A stretch of DNA of 64,000 bases, taken from assembly GCA_017470115.1 (NCBI GenBank), contig JAFUEZ010000008.1:86653-150652 (forward strand). The letters are read 5' to 3'. This document shows, in pieces, positions 62,695-64,000 of the stretch. Under the pieces are notes generated by a model. It made no database searches and was not told where the DNA came from. It saw only the letters and a list, made by a program, of their open reading frames with translations. Numbering within the stretch: the stretch's first letter is position 1; the number at the start of each line of letters is the position of its first letter. Position numbers and translations under genes: made by a program. Source of the stretch: Bacilli bacterium. GTDB taxonomy: Bacteria > Bacillota_I > Bacilli_A > RFN20 > CAG-826.

Positions 62695-63198
62695 GAAAGA
62701 TTGAATTTTTTTGTTTAAAAATATCTTAATTCCGCGATGGGGCGCCGTCGGAATAAAATAAGGATTTTGCACAACAAAGTCCTTTTTTGTACCATTTTAG
62801 GCCATTTTTTTGAATTTTTAAGCATATTTTGAGTATATTTTTATCAAAAACAGACACGTTATATAGAACTATGGTGAACCACATCAAGACCTATAGGCAC
62901 TCCACCTCATACCAATGGGAATCCCATTTCATTTTCTAAGGCAAGCAATTCACGTTTACGGATATAGAAAAAGAGTTACTACAAAGTAGTAAAAGACAAC
63001 TGGAGTGCAATCCAGTTTTTCTATGTTTTTGATATCCTGTATTAAGAAACTATAATTATGATAAAATATTAATAAGCAAAATTACCTTGCCTCTCTCGTC
63101 TTAAAAATGTCGGTGGGGTAATAGAAAACTATTATATCTTCTTAGGCCAAGGTTAATCATTGCCCAGATATCTTTTTAATTGAAGGAGATATGTAGTT

Positions 63199-64000
63199 AT
63201 GAAAAAGAGTTTAGGACTATTCTTCGCAAATTTTCTATCTTTGTGTTTATCACTCACAGCTTGTGGCGGTTCAATAAACAATAATAATAGCGGAAATACT
63301 GAACCAGGAACTAGTGGAGGTGGAGATAACAATCCACCAGCCGAAGTAGATTATGAAAATCTGCCAGTTTTAAATAATAATAACATTAATAATTTCTCAG
63401 AATCTCAACTCGCCTCTGCAGCATCGGATGCATATTACTTTAAAAACAACCAATCATATCGCTCTTTAACATTAGAATATGGCGTTTCAGTTAAAAATGA
63501 ATATCAACTTAGGGTAACGGCAGTAATTTCTAATACAAAATACCGTGTTGCTAATAACGCATACGAGTTATTTTTTGAAGATTTTAACGACGATGATTAC
63601 AATTCCAACCCAACAAAGGTAGGCTATTATTCAATAGAGGTTGTGCCAATTTTCAGTCTGCCTGAATCACCCAACAATCCTAAATTAACAGTAACAATTA
63701 ATAGAGCAAAATTAAATGTGACCGCTTCAGTTAGCGATTTCGCATACGGCGATTATACTAGCATTCCAACAATTACTGGCATTGATCAAAACCAAATTGC
63801 ATCGAAAACTCTAAGTTATGCTCCTGTAACAGATAATGTTGTTGGAGAATATAAAACTTATAAATCAAACGAAAGAGATTATTCGATGAATGTTGGAGAA
63901 TATTCTTTTAAGGCTGACATAGTGGATATCGACGGTATTGAGTATCATACAGAACCTGTTAGATTCCATGTTACCAAAACCACATTAACATATCACAGTT
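63199..64000 (+). CDS. surface lipoprotein with probable MBG/Ig-like repeats (3'-truncated, absent from ORF track)
   Basis: AAGGAG SD; MKKSLGLFF...LTAC lipobox; G/N/P linker; VG.Y motifs; frame open to window end. Confidence 0.8.
   Translation, partial: MKKSLGLFFANFLSLCLSLTACGGSINNNNSGNTEPGTSGGGDNNPPAEVDYENLPVLNNNNINNFSESQLASAASDAYYFKNNQSYRSLTLEYGVSVKNEYQLRVTAVISNTKYRVANNAYELFFEDFNDDDYNSNPTKVGYYSIEVVPIFSLPESPNNPKLTVTINRAKLNVTASVSDFAYGDYTSIPTITGIDQNQIASKTLSYAPVTDNVVGEYKTYKSNERDYSMNVGEYSFKADIVDIDGIEYHTEPVRFHVTKTTLTYHS

Noticed and set aside
61157-63198. CRISPR array or Cas12f locus beside TnpB
   Set aside because: No regularly spaced direct repeats and no cas genes seen anywhere in the window

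Overview
Low-GC chromosome segment from an uncultured, genome-reduced Bacilli lineage (RFN20/RF39-like by gene content; inferred, not computed). It contains the complete S10-spc-alpha ribosomal protein cluster (lacking rpmD), a queuosine salvage operon (queT-tgt-queA-queH) with a preQ1-like leader, an aromatic amino-acid-type ABC importer, housekeeping genes (malic enzyme, prs, ABC-F, spx, nadK, maf, rnj, def, rsmD, coaD, whiA, malQ, rimO), a heavy-metal ArsR/HMA/P1B-ATPase operon, an RHS toxin plus partner and a Phd/PIN toxin-antitoxin pair inserted between repeated queH 3' ends, a solitary TnpB and tRNA-Thr(GGU). Main observations: (1) several of the ten in-frame CGG codons found by eye sit where the protein family expects Trp and none at a conserved Arg, so CGG probably encodes Trp and the supplied translations are wrong at those sites; (2) a Phe/Tyr-rich leader peptide (FYFYYYYF) with alternative antiterminator/terminator pairings precedes the ABC importer, i.e. 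a ribosome-stalling attenuator where Bacilli normally use T-boxes; (3) queH appears to act as an integrase-free cassette-accumulation site; (4) the RHS partner protein has an orphan paralog 20 kb away; (5) a TnpB with an intact catalytic triad lacks its usual 3' omegaRNA end; (6) many genes look leaderless. All family calls are from motif recognition by eye; no searches were run.
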